Shown: positions 17,974 to 28,548 of the stretch, one piece after another | How positions within the stretch are numbered: the first letter of the stretch is position 1 | Layout of the letters: the number at the start of each line of letters is the position of its first letter | Source: Clostridia bacterium | GTDB lineage: Bacteria; Bacillota; Clostridia; UBA1381 | Direction: 5' to 3' | Assembly: GCA_045606465.1 (NCBI GenBank) | Contig: JAZURZ010000056.1 | Location: 1 to 59,320, forward strand | Length of the DNA: 59,320 nucleotides | The notes under the pieces: generated by a model | Database searches by the model: none | The model's input: only the letters and a program-made list of their open reading frames with translations | Told to the model about the DNA's origin: nothing | Position numbers and translations under genes: made by a program

Positions 17974-20415
17974 GTGATTGCCAGGGTTGTAGTAAATCAT
18001 AATTCAAAAGCAGTTGACAAAATGTATGACTATCTCGTGCCTTGCGAGCTTATAAAATCAATATGCACAGGCTCTAAAGTGACCATTCCATTTGGTCAGG
18101 GAAATCGTCAGCGGGAAGGATATGTTTTTAAGCTTTTAGAAAGCTCAACTGTGGAGAATTTAAAGCCAATAATTTCGGTTTTGCCCGGCGGTCCTGTCTT
18201 TGATGAAAAAATGCTTAATCTTATTTCATGGATGAGGGAAAAATATCTTTGCACATACATGGATATTATAAAAGCAGCTGTGCCTGCAGGGACGGCTCAA
18301 AACCCCGAAGAATGGATTGTGCTTGAAAACAAAGAGTGCGAGGCTCTTACCCCTACAGGTAAGGAAATAATAAAAATTCTCAAAGAAAATGGCGGAGAAT
18401 GTGAAATAAATTTTCTTCTTGATTTTTCAAAAAAAAGCGCAAGGCAACAAATAAAAAAAATGTGCGAAATGGGAATTTTAAAAGTTGAGTACAGAAAAAA
18501 TTCTTCGGTAAAAGATAAAAAATTAAAAGCGGTAAGCCTTGCGATTGATTTATATGATGCTATGGAAGAAATTGAAAAGCTTAATAAAAAAAGGGCATTT
18601 TCACAAGCAGCAATAATTGAGGCTCTTATGGGCAATGAATTTGTTTTTACAAGCGAGCTTATAAATTTTGTTGGTTGCAGCTATAGCACAGTTGCGACAC
18701 TTTGTAAAAAGAAAATTGTAGAAATTAAAGATGTCGTCATAACAAGAAACCCTTTTTATTGTGACAGCTTTGAAAAAACCAAAGCCCCCCAATTAAACCT
18801 TGAGCAAAAAAAAGCAGCAGAGGAAATCTGCAATGCAATAGAAGAAGAAAAATATGAAGGCTTTTTGCTCCATGGTGTTACCGGCGGAGGAAAGACCGAG
18901 GTTTTTATGAATGTAATTTCTAAGGTGTTGGAAATGAAAAAGCAGGCAATGTTGCTTGTGCCTGAAATTTCCCTGACTCCCCAGATGGTAAATCGTTTTG
19001 TTTGCAGATTTGGTGAAAGGGTAGCAATTTTTCACAGCGGACTATCTATGGGAGAAAGATATGACCAGTGGAAGAGAATGAAAAATGGCGAAGCAGATAT
19101 TGTTATAGGCGCACGCTCAGCTATATTTGCACCTTTTGATAATATTGGAATAATAATTATGGATGAGGAGCATGAGCAGACCTATAAATCAGAACTTCCT
19201 CCAAGATATAGTACTGCCGAGGTGGCAAAATATCGCGCAAAACAAAATGATGCTATTTTTTTAAAAGCATCTGCAACTCCAAGCGTGGTAAGCTATTATG
19301 AGGCAAAGAATAAAAACTACAAGCTTTTGAATATTACTAAAAGAGCAAATGAAAAAAGTATGCCAAAGGTAAGTGTTGTGGATATGCGCCATGAACTCGA
19401 GGCGGGTAACAAGTCCATTTTCAGCCGATTGCTCGTGGAGGAAATAGAGAAAAATTTAAAAAATAAAGAGCAGACCATTTTGTTTTTAAACAGGAGAGGT
19501 TTTTCCACATTTGTATCCTGCAGAAGCTGCGGCTATGTTCCCAAATGCCCCGATTGCAGTATATCATTGACATATCATAAGTATGATGATAACTTAAAAT
19601 GCCACTATTGTGGCCATGAGAGAAAAAATCCCGTAGTGTGTCCTGAATGTGGAAGTAAATATATAAGATATTTTGGCGGAGGAACACAAAAGGTTGAAGA
19701 AGAAATAAAAAGGATTTTTCCCGATTGCACAACCTTGCGTATGGATGTAGATACTACAGGAAGAAAATTTGCCCACGAAAAGATTTTGGAAGAATTTGAA
19801 AAAAATCATGTTGACATATTAATAGGCACTCAGATGGTTGCAAAAGGTCTTGATTTTGAGAATGTAACCCTTGTAGGAGTTGTCTCGGCTGACACAATGC
19901 TTAATTTAGATGATTTTCGCTCGGGCGAGAGAAGCTTTTCTCTTTTAGAACAGGTGACGGGCAGGGCAGGAAGAGCAAAAAAGGAAGGAAGAGCTATTGT
20001 CCAGACCTATTCTCCCGAACATTCTGCAATAGAGTTTATGCGGAGTCATAGCTATGAAAAATTTTATGACTGTGAAATAAAAATGCGAAAAGCAATGTAC
20101 TATCCGCCTTATTGCGAAATGGTGATGGTTATGTTTTCGGGAGAAAATGAAAAGGTAGTTTCACGCATTGCGCAAAGCTTTAAAAAAAGTCTTGGCAGTT
20201 TGTCGGAATCAGGACAAAAAACCAAGGTTCTTGGTCCCATAGCTTCACCAATGCCAAAAATTAAGAAAAAATACAGATATCAGATGCTTATAAAATGCGA
20301 AAATGCAGACCTGCTTAATGAGGTTCTTCATAATGCAAGACAGGAATGTCAAAAGCGGGATATACATGGCATAGTAAGTATTGTTATAGATAAAAATCCT
20401 AATGGGATTATATAA
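17974..20415 (+). CDS. priA: primosomal replication-restart helicase PriA
   Basis: 813 aa with a GTG start, Walker A GVTGGGKTE, DEEH box, and a Cys-rich Zn region CRSCGYVPKCPDCSISLTYH...CHYCGH...CPECGS. Confidence 0.96.
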   Translation: MIARVVVNHNSKAVDKMYDYLVPCELIKSICTGSKVTIPFGQGNRQREGYVFKLLESSTVENLKPIISVLPGGPVFDEKMLNLISWMREKYLCTYMDIIKAAVPAGTAQNPEEWIVLENKECEALTPTGKEIIKILKENGGECEINFLLDFSKKSARQQIKKMCEMGILKVEYRKNSSVKDKKLKAVSLAIDLYDAMEEIEKLNKKRAFSQAAIIEALMGNEFVFTSELINFVGCSYSTVATLCKKKIVEIKDVVITRNPFYCDSFEKTKAPQLNLEQKKAAEEICNAIEEEKYEGFLLHGVTGGGKTEVFMNVISKVLEMKKQAMLLVPEISLTPQMVNRFVCRFGERVAIFHSGLSMGERYDQWKRMKNGEADIVIGARSAIFAPFDNIGIIIMDEEHEQTYKSELPPRYSTAEVAKYRAKQNDAIFLKASATPSVVSYYEAKNKNYKLLNITKRANEKSMPKVSVVDMRHELEAGNKSIFSRLLVEEIEKNLKNKEQTILFLNRRGFSTFVSCRSCGYVPKCPDCSISLTYHKYDDNLKCHYCGHERKNPVVCPECGSKYIRYFGGGTQKVEEEIKRIFPDCTTLRMDVDTTGRKFAHEKILEEFEKNHVDILIGTQMVAKGLDFENVTLVGVVSADTMLNLDDFRSGERSFSLLEQVTGRAGRAKKEGRAIVQTYSPEHSAIEFMRSHSYEKFYDCEIKMRKAMYYPPYCEMVMVMFSGENEKVVSRIAQSFKKSLGSLSESGQKTKVLGPIASPMPKIKKKYRYQMLIKCENADLLNEVLHNARQECQKRDIHGIVSIVIDKNPNGII

Positions 20416-20428
20416 AAGGAGATAAAAA

Positions 20429-20881
20429 ATGGCAATAAGACAAATAAGAAAAAAAGATGATGAAATACTTTATAAGACCTGTAAGCAGGTAACAAACTTC
20501 GACCAAAAGCTTGCAATTTTGCTTGATGATATGTATGAAACCATGCAAAAGAACAACGGTGTAGGTCTTGCAGGACCTCAGGTGGGAATACTAAAAAGGG
20601 TTGCAGTAATAGACATAGGCGAAGGAAAAATTGAGCTTGTAAATCCCGAAATTATTAAAGAGAGCGGGAAACAAAATGGCTCGGAGGGCTGCTTAAGCGT
20701 GCCCGGAGTTTTTGGCGAGGTTGAACGTCCAAATGAAGTGACAGTAAGGGCTCAGGACAGAAACGGCAATTTTTTTGAAATTTCGGGAGAGGAACTTCTG
20801 GCAAGAGCATTTTGCCATGAGATAGAACATCTGGACGGAAAATTGTTTTTGGATAAGGTAACTAAATTTTTAGAAGATTAA
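20429..20881 (+). CDS. def: peptide deformylase
   Basis: Motifs GVGLAGPQVG, EGCLSVPG and HEIEHLDG. Confidence 0.96.
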   Translation: MAIRQIRKKDDEILYKTCKQVTNFDQKLAILLDDMYETMQKNNGVGLAGPQVGILKRVAVIDIGEGKIELVNPEIIKESGKQNGSEGCLSVPGVFGEVERPNEVTVRAQDRNGNFFEISGEELLARAFCHEIEHLDGKLFLDKVTKFLED

Positions 20882-20904
20882 GATTTAAGGAGTGGAAAAG
20901 AAAT

Positions 20905-21831
20905 TTGAAAATTCTTTTTATGGGAACCCCCGATATTGCAGCAGAATCCTTAAGAGAGCTTATAAAAGAGGGGTTTAGAATTGTGGGGGTTGTAACCCAG
21001 CCTGATAAGCCCAGAGGCAGAAAACAAATTATGACACCGCCTGAGGTGAAAACAGAGGCATTAAAAGAGGGGATAGAGGTCTATCAGCCCGAAAGCTTGA
21101 AAAATGGTGAGCTTTTGCCAATTTTACAAAAACTTTCGCCTGATTTGATTGCAGTTGTTGCGTATGGCAAAATTTTGCCTGAATATGTGCTCCAATTCCC
21201 TAAATATGGATGCATTAATATGCATGGCTCCCTTTTGCCGAAATACAGAGGTGCTGCACCTATACAATGGGCAGTGATAAATGGAGAAAAAACAACGGGC
21301 GTGACCACCATGAAAATGGACAAGGGACTTGACACTGGAGATATGCTCTTTAGTGAAAGCCTTGAAATTGGTGAATATGAAACCTCGGGAGAATTGTTTG
21401 AAAGAATGTCAGCTCTTGGCGCAAAAGTCTTGGTAAAAACAATAAAAAACATAGATAATATAACACCTGTTTCGCAGGATGATGAAAAATCCACCTATGC
21501 ACCGATTATAAAAAAGGAAATGGCAAAAATAGATTGGCAAAAACCAGTGCGTGAAATCTCCAAACTGATTTGCGGAATGAATCCATGGCCGGTTGCATAT
21601 ACGACTTATAATGATGAAACCATTAAAATCTTCAAAGCAGAATTTTCATATGAAAATATTGGAAAAATTTCGGGAGAAATTATTGGTATGAATGAAGAAA
21701 AGGGCTTAGGGGTAAAATGTAATGGTGGCGTTATTTATATTAAAGAGCTTCAGGCAACGGGTGGAAAGAGAATGTCAATTAAAGACTATTTAAGGGGACA
21801 TGAACTAAAAACAGGAGAGATTTTTAAATAG
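20905..21831 (+). CDS. fmt: methionyl-tRNA formyltransferase
   Basis: TTG start. Motifs FMGTPDIA, NMHGSLLPKYRGAAPIQWAVING and a C-terminal domain. It follows def. Confidence 0.95.
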   Translation: MKILFMGTPDIAAESLRELIKEGFRIVGVVTQPDKPRGRKQIMTPPEVKTEALKEGIEVYQPESLKNGELLPILQKLSPDLIAVVAYGKILPEYVLQFPKYGCINMHGSLLPKYRGAAPIQWAVINGEKTTGVTTMKMDKGLDTGDMLFSESLEIGEYETSGELFERMSALGAKVLVKTIKNIDNITPVSQDDEKSTYAPIIKKEMAKIDWQKPVREISKLICGMNPWPVAYTTYNDETIKIFKAEFSYENIGKISGEIIGMNEEKGLGVKCNGGVIYIKELQATGGKRMSIKDYLRGHELKTGEIFK

Positions 21832-21867
21832 AAAAAATTTTTAAACTCGGAAAGGATATTTTAAAAT

Positions 21868-22563
21868 ATGTTTTATCCATACTTTTATTTTGATTCTACT
21901 TATATACTTTTGATAATAGCCTTTGTTTTGTCGGCATTTGCGTCATTTGGAGTAAGAAATACTTTTTCAAAATATAGCGAAATAATAAACCAAAGAGGAA
22001 TGACAGGCAGTGATGCTGCACGTGAAATTCTTGACCGAAACGGCCTTTATAATGTAAAAATTGAGCACGTTGCAGGCGAGCTTACCGACCATTATGACCC
22101 AAGAACAAATGTGATAAGGCTTTCGGACGCAACCTATAACTCAACATCAGTGGCGGCTGTGGGGGTTGCAGCACATGAGGCAGGACACGCAGTTCAGCAT
22201 GCTTTAAAATACACTCCTATAAAGATAAGAAACAGCTTTGTTCCATTTGCGAATATAGGCTCATATCTTTCTATGCCATTGTTTGTCTTAGGACTTATTA
22301 TGGGAAATGAAAAGCTTGCCTATGCGGGAATAATTTTGTTTTCTGCAGTCCTTTTGTTTCAGCTTATCACATTGCCTGTCGAATTTAATGCAAGCTCAAG
22401 AGCCTTGACAACATTGGATTCTGCAGGAATCTTATCAGAAATGGAAGTAAAGCAGGCAGGTAAGGTTTTAAAAGCCGCCGCAATGACATATGTTGCATCG
22501 GTTGCCTCAACTGCCTTGCAGCTTTTAAGACTTGTTTTGATATTTAACAGAAGGCGGGATTAG
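21868..22563 (+). CDS. membrane zinc metallopeptidase (Zn_peptidase_2 / YugP-like)
   Basis: 231 aa with an N-terminal TM segment, HEAGHAVQH motif, and C-terminal TM segments. Confidence 0.85.
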   Translation: MFYPYFYFDSTYILLIIAFVLSAFASFGVRNTFSKYSEIINQRGMTGSDAAREILDRNGLYNVKIEHVAGELTDHYDPRTNVIRLSDATYNSTSVAAVGVAAHEAGHAVQHALKYTPIKIRNSFVPFANIGSYLSMPLFVLGLIMGNEKLAYAGIILFSAVLLFQLITLPVEFNASSRALTTLDSAGILSEMEVKQAGKVLKAAAMTYVASVASTALQLLRLVLIFNRRRD

Positions 22564-22564
22564 C

Positions 22565-23878
22565 TTGAAAAATGCACGACAGGAGGCACTTAGGTGCCTT
22601 TACCAGATAGAATATGAGGGTGCATATCTTAACATAGCACTAAAAAAACAACTTTTGTCCTCAAATCTCGATAAAAGAGACAAGGCTTTTGTCACTGCTC
22701 TTGTTTATGGAGTGGTGCAGCAAAGGCTTGCTTTGGAATATGTAATATCTCTTTATTCCAAAGTGAAAATTAAAAAGATTTCTAAATTCATATTGCTTAT
22801 TTTAAAGCTGGGAATTTATCAGATTTTGTTCATGGACAAAATTCCTGATTCTGCCTTGGTAAACGAAAGTGTAAAGCTTGCCAAACGCTATGGACATATG
22901 TCAAGTGCAGGCTTTGTGAATGGACTTTTGAGAACCGTCATAAAAAACAAAGGACAAATTCCAAAACCAGAGGATAAATATGAGGCGCTTTGTGTAAAAC
23001 ACTCATTCCCAAAATGGATTGTAGAAAAATGGTGCAATGACTTTGGTGAGGAGTTTGCAGCCTCACTTATGGAAAGCTTAAATAAAGATGCTTTTGTGAA
23101 TGTAAGGGTAAATACTTTAAAAGCAGACAAAAAAGAAATTATGAGTCTTTTTCCTGATGCAAAAGAGGGTAACTTTTCAGAGTTTTCGCTTAGTCTTAAA
23201 GGCTTCGATGCGGTTGGGAGTGCTGAATATAAAAATGGACTTATAACAGTTCAGAATGAGGCGGCAATGCTTGCAAGCGAGGTGCTTTCTCCAAACCCTG
23301 GTGAGATTGTAATGGATATGTGTGCCGCTCCGGGAGGAAAATCTACACATATTGCTCAGCTTATGAAAAACAAAGGAAGGGTTCTTTCCTTTGATTTGTA
23401 TGAGCATAAAATTGAACTTATAAATGAAAACGCAAAAAGACTGGGGGCAGATATTATTGAAGCAAGTGTAAAGGATGCCTCGGTTTTTGATAAAAAATAC
23501 GAAAATTTTGCCGATAAAATTCTTGTGGATGCTCCCTGCTCAGGGCTTGGAATAATACGAAAAAAACCTGATATAAAATGGAATCGTTGCGAGAATGAAA
23601 AATTTTCAGATATTCAATATAAAATTTTAACAAATGCAGCGAGGTACTTAAAAAAAGGTGGAGAGCTTGTCTATAGCACATGTACTCTTAACAAGGAAGA
23701 AAACGAAATGGTTTTTGAAAAATTCTTAAAAGAGCATAAAGATTTTTTGCAAGTTGACATAAGCAAATATTTTTCAAAAAGCGTTAAAAGAGATACTTTA
23801 AAAGAAGGATATGTTACACTTTATCCTAATATTGATGGTACCGACGGATTTTTTATATCAAAAATGAAAAAGGTGTGA
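22565..23878 (+). CDS. rsmB: 16S rRNA (cytosine967-C5)-methyltransferase
   Basis: TTG start. NusB-like N-domain, SAM motif DMCAAPGGKS, and catalytic DAPCSG and TCT motifs. Confidence 0.93.
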   Translation: MKNARQEALRCLYQIEYEGAYLNIALKKQLLSSNLDKRDKAFVTALVYGVVQQRLALEYVISLYSKVKIKKISKFILLILKLGIYQILFMDKIPDSALVNESVKLAKRYGHMSSAGFVNGLLRTVIKNKGQIPKPEDKYEALCVKHSFPKWIVEKWCNDFGEEFAASLMESLNKDAFVNVRVNTLKADKKEIMSLFPDAKEGNFSEFSLSLKGFDAVGSAEYKNGLITVQNEAAMLASEVLSPNPGEIVMDMCAAPGGKSTHIAQLMKNKGRVLSFDLYEHKIELINENAKRLGADIIEASVKDASVFDKKYENFADKILVDAPCSGLGIIRKKPDIKWNRCENEKFSDIQYKILTNAARYLKKGGELVYSTCTLNKEENEMVFEKFLKEHKDFLQVDISKYFSKSVKRDTLKEGYVTLYPNIDGTDGFFISKMKKV

Positions 23879-23882
23879 AACT

Positions 23883-24902
23883 GTGGTTGATTTAAAGGAT
23901 TTTCTATACGATGAATTAGAAAACTTCATAATGGAACTTGGGGAGCCTAAATTCAGAGCAAAGCAAGTATTTTCATGGCTGCACAAGGGTGCAGAAGGCT
24001 TTGACCAGATGAGCAATCTTTCAAAAGAAACAAGACAAAAGCTTTCTAAAGTAAGCTTTGTGTCAAGGCTTAAAATAAGAGAAAAGTACATTTCACAAAT
24101 AGACGGAACAATAAAATATCTTTTTGAACTTGAGGACGGTAATTGCATTGAAAGTGTTGTAATGAGATACAACCATGGAATAAGCATATGCATATCATCC
24201 CAGGTTGGCTGCCGCATGGGCTGTGGCTTTTGCGCTTCAACCATAGGCGGACTTTACAGAAGCCTTACTCCTGCAGAAATCTTAAATCAGGTAATTTTTG
24301 CCCAAAAGGATATAGGTGAAAGAATAAGTAATATTGTAATGATGGGAATAGGCGAGCCTTTGGATAATTATGATAATGTAATAAAGTTTTTACATAATGT
24401 AAATCATCCCGATGGAATTTGTATAGGCTACAGACACATCTCACTTTCCACATGCGGCGTTGTGGATAAAATAAATAAGCTTGCAGAGGAAAAGCTTCCC
24501 ATTACCTTGTCGGTTTCGTTGCATGCACCAAATAACAAAATACGTGACACAATAATGCCCGTCAATAAAAAATATCCTATAGAAACCCTTATAAATGCAT
24601 GTAAGGATTATATAAAAAGCACAGGAAGAAGAATAAGCTTTGAATATGCACTCATTTCGGGAGTAAATGACTCTGATAATGAGGCAAAAGAGCTTGCAAA
24701 GCTTCTTTCGGGAATGCTCTGCCACATAAATTTAATACCAGTCAACAAGGTGGAGGAACGTGATTATCATAAGGGAACGGCGGAAAAAATAAAGCATTTT
24801 CAACAACAGCTCATTAAACTTGGAATGAATGCAACCATAAGGCGTGAGCTTGGAAGTGACATAAGTGCATCCTGCGGTCAGCTCAGAAAAAAAGTGCTGT
24901 AA
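23883..24902 (+). CDS. rlmN: 23S rRNA/tRNA (adenine-C2)-methyltransferase, radical SAM
   Basis: GTG start. Radical-SAM cluster motif CRMGCGFC and C-terminal ASCGQL. Confidence 0.95.
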   Translation: MVDLKDFLYDELENFIMELGEPKFRAKQVFSWLHKGAEGFDQMSNLSKETRQKLSKVSFVSRLKIREKYISQIDGTIKYLFELEDGNCIESVVMRYNHGISICISSQVGCRMGCGFCASTIGGLYRSLTPAEILNQVIFAQKDIGERISNIVMMGIGEPLDNYDNVIKFLHNVNHPDGICIGYRHISLSTCGVVDKINKLAEEKLPITLSVSLHAPNNKIRDTIMPVNKKYPIETLINACKDYIKSTGRRISFEYALISGVNDSDNEAKELAKLLSGMLCHINLIPVNKVEERDYHKGTAEKIKHFQQQLIKLGMNATIRRELGSDISASCGQLRKKVL

Positions 24903-24961
24903 ATATATTATAATGACTGCCTTTTAAAAGCAAAAAGGCGGGATATAAAGGAGTATATTTT

Positions 24962-25690
24962 ATGAGAATTGGTGCTGTAACAGACGTTGGCAAACAAAGA
25001 AAAATAAATGAGGATAGCTATTTTATCTATCGCAATGAAAATTTGCTTGGAGGAATGGTAGCTGACGGAATGGGGGGTCAGAATGCAGGCGAGATTGCAA
25101 GTGCTATGGCAACCCGAATTATAAAAGAATATATAGTAAATGAGTTTGACCCAGGTATGGACTATATGCAAATGGGTGAGCTTATAAGGTTAGCCTTTAT
25201 TGATGCAAATGAAAGAATCTATAATTATGCAAAAGGCAAGCCTGCTTTTGAAGGAATGGGCACAACAGCAACCCTTGCCATAATTTACAAAAATAAGCTC
25301 ATTGTTGCCCATGTAGGTGACAGTCGTGCTTATATTGTTAATGGTGAGGAGATTTCACAAATAACAAAAGACCATTCATATGTGCAGGAGCTTTTGTCAC
25401 GAGGAGAAATAACCAAAGAATTTGCCGACCGACACCCTGCAAGAAACTACATAACCAGAGCGGTGGGAACAGAAGAAATTCTCAAGGTTGATGTGGTGAT
25501 TTCAGATTATCATGATCAGATTATACTTTTGTGCAGTGACGGACTTTCAAATATGCTCAGCAATGCACAAATAACTCAGATAGTTGAGGAAAACGAAAAT
25601 CTGCAGTCTGCTGCTGAGGCAATGATACGACTGGCAAACAAAAAGGGTGGACTTGATAATATTACAGCGGTTATTTTCTGCAAAGATTAA
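24962..25690 (+). CDS. stp: PP2C-family Ser/Thr protein phosphatase (Stp/PrpC)
   Basis: Motifs VADGMGG, GTTA, HVGDSRAY and CSDGLS...GGLDNIT. It sits upstream of prkC. Confidence 0.93.
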   Translation: MRIGAVTDVGKQRKINEDSYFIYRNENLLGGMVADGMGGQNAGEIASAMATRIIKEYIVNEFDPGMDYMQMGELIRLAFIDANERIYNYAKGKPAFEGMGTTATLAIIYKNKLIVAHVGDSRAYIVNGEEISQITKDHSYVQELLSRGEITKEFADRHPARNYITRAVGTEEILKVDVVISDYHDQIILLCSDGLSNMLSNAQITQIVEENENLQSAAEAMIRLANKKGGLDNITAVIFCKD

Positions 25691-25737
25691 TATTTTAGGG
25701 ATTTTTTAAAAAAAGTGAAAGGGTATGAATTTTAGAA

Positions 25738-27639
25738 ATGGAATATAATTTGATAGGTAAGATTCTTGGCGAAAGATATGAAATAACTGATGTTATAGGA
25801 AGCGGCGGCATGGCAACTGTCTATAAGGCAAAATGCAAACTTCTTAATAGAAATGTGGCGGTAAAGGTTTTGAAAAATTCCCTCAAAAATGATGAAGAGG
25901 TTGTAAAAAGATTCATTACCGAATCAAGGGCGGCTGCAAGCCTTTCTCATCACAACATTGTTTCGGTCTATGATGTAGGCGAAACCCCTGACGGACTTCA
26001 CTACATAGTAATGGAGCTTGTTGAGGGAGAAACACTAAAGGAATATATAAGAAAAAAATATCGTCTTGATAAGCGCGAAGCATGCGATTTTGCATATCAG
26101 ATAGCAATGGCATTAGAATGTGCCCATGAGCATGGAATAATACATCGTGATATAAAGCCGCATAATATTCTTGTAACCAAGGACCATACCCTGAAGGTGG
26201 CGGATTTTGGAATAGCACGCACTACGGGCTCGGATACAATGGTTGCCTCGGGCGGAAATGGAGTTTTTGGCTCGGCGCACTACATTTCTCCAGAGCAAGC
26301 AAGGGGCGGCTATATAGACGCAGCTTCAGATATTTATTCTCTTGGTGTGGTATTGTATGAAATGCTTACAGGAAGGCTTCCTTTTGATGGAGAAAATCCC
26401 GTAACCATAGCTTTGAAAAAGCTTGAAGAAGAACCTCTTGATGTAAGAGAGGTAATTGAGGATATCCCTGACAATCTTGCAAATGTTGTAATGAAGGCAA
26501 TATCAAAGGAGCAGTATATAAGATATCAGAGCGCATCTGAAATGGCATATGATTTGCGTGAGATACTTGACAGTGATTTTATGGGAAGAATTGAATATCG
26601 CAATGTAAAAACCAGGAAAAATGTTAAAAAGCCAATAGGAATTACTCCCAAGAAAATCCTTTTAATAAGTGTTTTGGCGGCAGTAGTTTTTGGGGTTGTG
26701 ACATATTTTGCATTCTCAGGAGGAAGAAAGGAATATAAGGTTCCCGACCTGATGGATAAAACCCTTGAAGAAGCAATTCAGCTTGCAAAGGATGCAGGCT
26801 TTTCCTTAGTCGAAGAGGAGATAGAATATGTTCCTTCTGATGAATATCAGGAAGGAAGAATAATGCGCCAAGACCCCGGGGCAAATGGCTATGTAAAGAA
26901 AAAGAAACCTATTAAATTGGTAATAAGCTCGGGACTTGGTGAAGGAGATATTGAGGTTCCTGAGGTTGTGGGCCTTGACTATGCAGAGGCGGCTACAATG
27001 CTTCGTGCAAGGAAATTAAAATATAATAAAATTGAAGAGGATAATGGAGAATATGCCCTTAACGAGGTAATTCGCCAATCCCCTAAAAAGGGAACTAAGG
27101 TCACTGAAAATTATGTTGTAATTTTGCACGTTTCCACAGGTCAGGCAGCAGAAAGCCCTGAACCGAGTGAAGTTGCAATGGTTCCGGTTCCCGATGTTGT
27201 AGGAAAAAGCCAAAGCTCAGCAGAGGCACTAATAAAGGCGTCGGGACTAAAATGCGGAAATATAAGCAAGGAAGACTCAGATGAGCCCGAGGGAACTGTA
27301 ATAGAGCAAAGCCCGAAAGCAGAGAGTCAGTCGCCCGAGGGAACATATGTTGATTTGGTAATAAGTGCAGGACAAAAAGAGCCTACACCTACTCAGACTC
27401 AGACTCAGGCACCGATTCCTACAGAGCAAATAAAAAAGAAATATCTTACAATCACATTGCCCCAAACCGAATCGGGAGTGGTACAGGTGAAATTGGTTGC
27501 AAATGGCACAAAAATATATGACAAGCAGCATCAATGCTCAGAGGTAGAAATCGATATACCTGTGACTGCAAAAAATGATGCGACAGTTGAAGTCTATTTT
27601 GACGGTGTGCTTAAAACAACCAAGGTGATTGAATTTTAA
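25738..27639 (+). CDS. prkC: Ser/Thr protein kinase with PASTA domains (PrkC)
   Basis: Kinase motifs GSGGMATVYKA, HRDIKPHNIL and DFGIA, one TM segment, then three PASTA-like repeats and a C-terminal beta-rich domain. Confidence 0.95.
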   Translation: MEYNLIGKILGERYEITDVIGSGGMATVYKAKCKLLNRNVAVKVLKNSLKNDEEVVKRFITESRAAASLSHHNIVSVYDVGETPDGLHYIVMELVEGETLKEYIRKKYRLDKREACDFAYQIAMALECAHEHGIIHRDIKPHNILVTKDHTLKVADFGIARTTGSDTMVASGGNGVFGSAHYISPEQARGGYIDAASDIYSLGVVLYEMLTGRLPFDGENPVTIALKKLEEEPLDVREVIEDIPDNLANVVMKAISKEQYIRYQSASEMAYDLREILDSDFMGRIEYRNVKTRKNVKKPIGITPKKILLISVLAAVVFGVVTYFAFSGGRKEYKVPDLMDKTLEEAIQLAKDAGFSLVEEEIEYVPSDEYQEGRIMRQDPGANGYVKKKKPIKLVISSGLGEGDIEVPEVVGLDYAEAATMLRARKLKYNKIEEDNGEYALNEVIRQSPKKGTKVTENYVVILHVSTGQAAESPEPSEVAMVPVPDVVGKSQSSAEALIKASGLKCGNISKEDSDEPEGTVIEQSPKAESQSPEGTYVDLVISAGQKEPTPTQTQTQAPIPTEQIKKKYLTITLPQTESGVVQVKLVANGTKIYDKQHQCSEVEIDIPVTAKNDATVEVYFDGVLKTTKVIEF

Positions 27640-27699
27640 ACTAAAATAATTGCTTAGTGCTTTAAAAAGACTTTGTAACTTATGAAAGGAAATGATTGA

Positions 27700-28548
27700 T
27701 TGACAGGCGTAATTGTAAAGGGAATAGGCGGATTTTATTATGTAAAATCTGATGATGGAGAGATTGTTGAATGCAGAGCAAGAGGGGTTTTAAGAAAGGA
27801 AAATATAAAGCCTATGATAGGCGACAGGGTAGTGGTGGAAAATGCAAGCCTTGTAAAAATTGATAAAAGAAAAAACTTTCTTATTCGTCCCACTGTGGCT
27901 AATATTGATAATATTGTAATTGTGTCGGCACCTGTCTCACCCGAGCCTGACTTTATGTTAATAGACAAGATGCTTGTTAATGCAGAAATTGCTGGAATAA
28001 AGCCTATAATTTGCATTAATAAAACAGATTTGGCATCGCAAAATGAGATTTTTGAGATTTATTCCCTTGCAGGCTATCCTGTAGTGGTTGTATGTGCAAA
28101 ACAAACCAAAGGTATTGATGAGCTTATGCCATATCTTAAAAATAAAACTACTGCTTTTGCAGGACTTTCAGGAGTGGGAAAATCAAGTATATTAAATATT
28201 ATAACTCAAAAGGATATGCAAACTGGGAGTGTAAGTGATAAAATAAAGAGAGGAAAGCACACAACAAGACATGTTGAACTTTTAGAGCTTCCCCAAGGAG
28301 GCTTTGTGTTAGATACCCCAGGCTTTAGCTCCCTTGAGGTTGAGGGAATAAAGGCAGAGGAGCTTTGTGAGTATTTTCCTGAAATGAAGACAGAAAAAAA
28401 TTGCAGATTTAAAGGCTGTGCGCATATAAATGAGCCTGATTGTGTCATAAAACAAAAGCTTTCAGAAGGCAAAATATCAAAGTCAAGATATGATAGCTAT
28501 TGCGAGCTATATGCTGCATTAAAAAAAATAAAGGATTGGGAAAAATGA
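27700..28548 (+). CDS. rsgA: ribosome small-subunit-dependent GTPase A
   Basis: TTG start. OB-fold N-domain, circularly permuted GTPase (NKTDL ... GLSGVGKSS ... DTPGF), and Zn motif CRFKGCAHINEPDC. Confidence 0.94.
   Translation: MTGVIVKGIGGFYYVKSDDGEIVECRARGVLRKENIKPMIGDRVVVENASLVKIDKRKNFLIRPTVANIDNIVIVSAPVSPEPDFMLIDKMLVNAEIAGIKPIICINKTDLASQNEIFEIYSLAGYPVVVVCAKQTKGIDELMPYLKNKTTAFAGLSGVGKSSILNIITQKDMQTGSVSDKIKRGKHTTRHVELLELPQGGFVLDTPGFSSLEVEGIKAEELCEYFPEMKTEKNCRFKGCAHINEPDCVIKQKLSEGKISKSRYDSYCELYAALKKIKDWEK

Noticed and set aside
22565-24902. Two SAM-dependent methyltransferase genes considered as possible restriction-modification or defence components
   Set aside because: Their motifs and the def-fmt-rsmB-rlmN context identify them as rRNA methyltransferases RsmB and RlmN. 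No endonuclease or specificity subunits are nearby.
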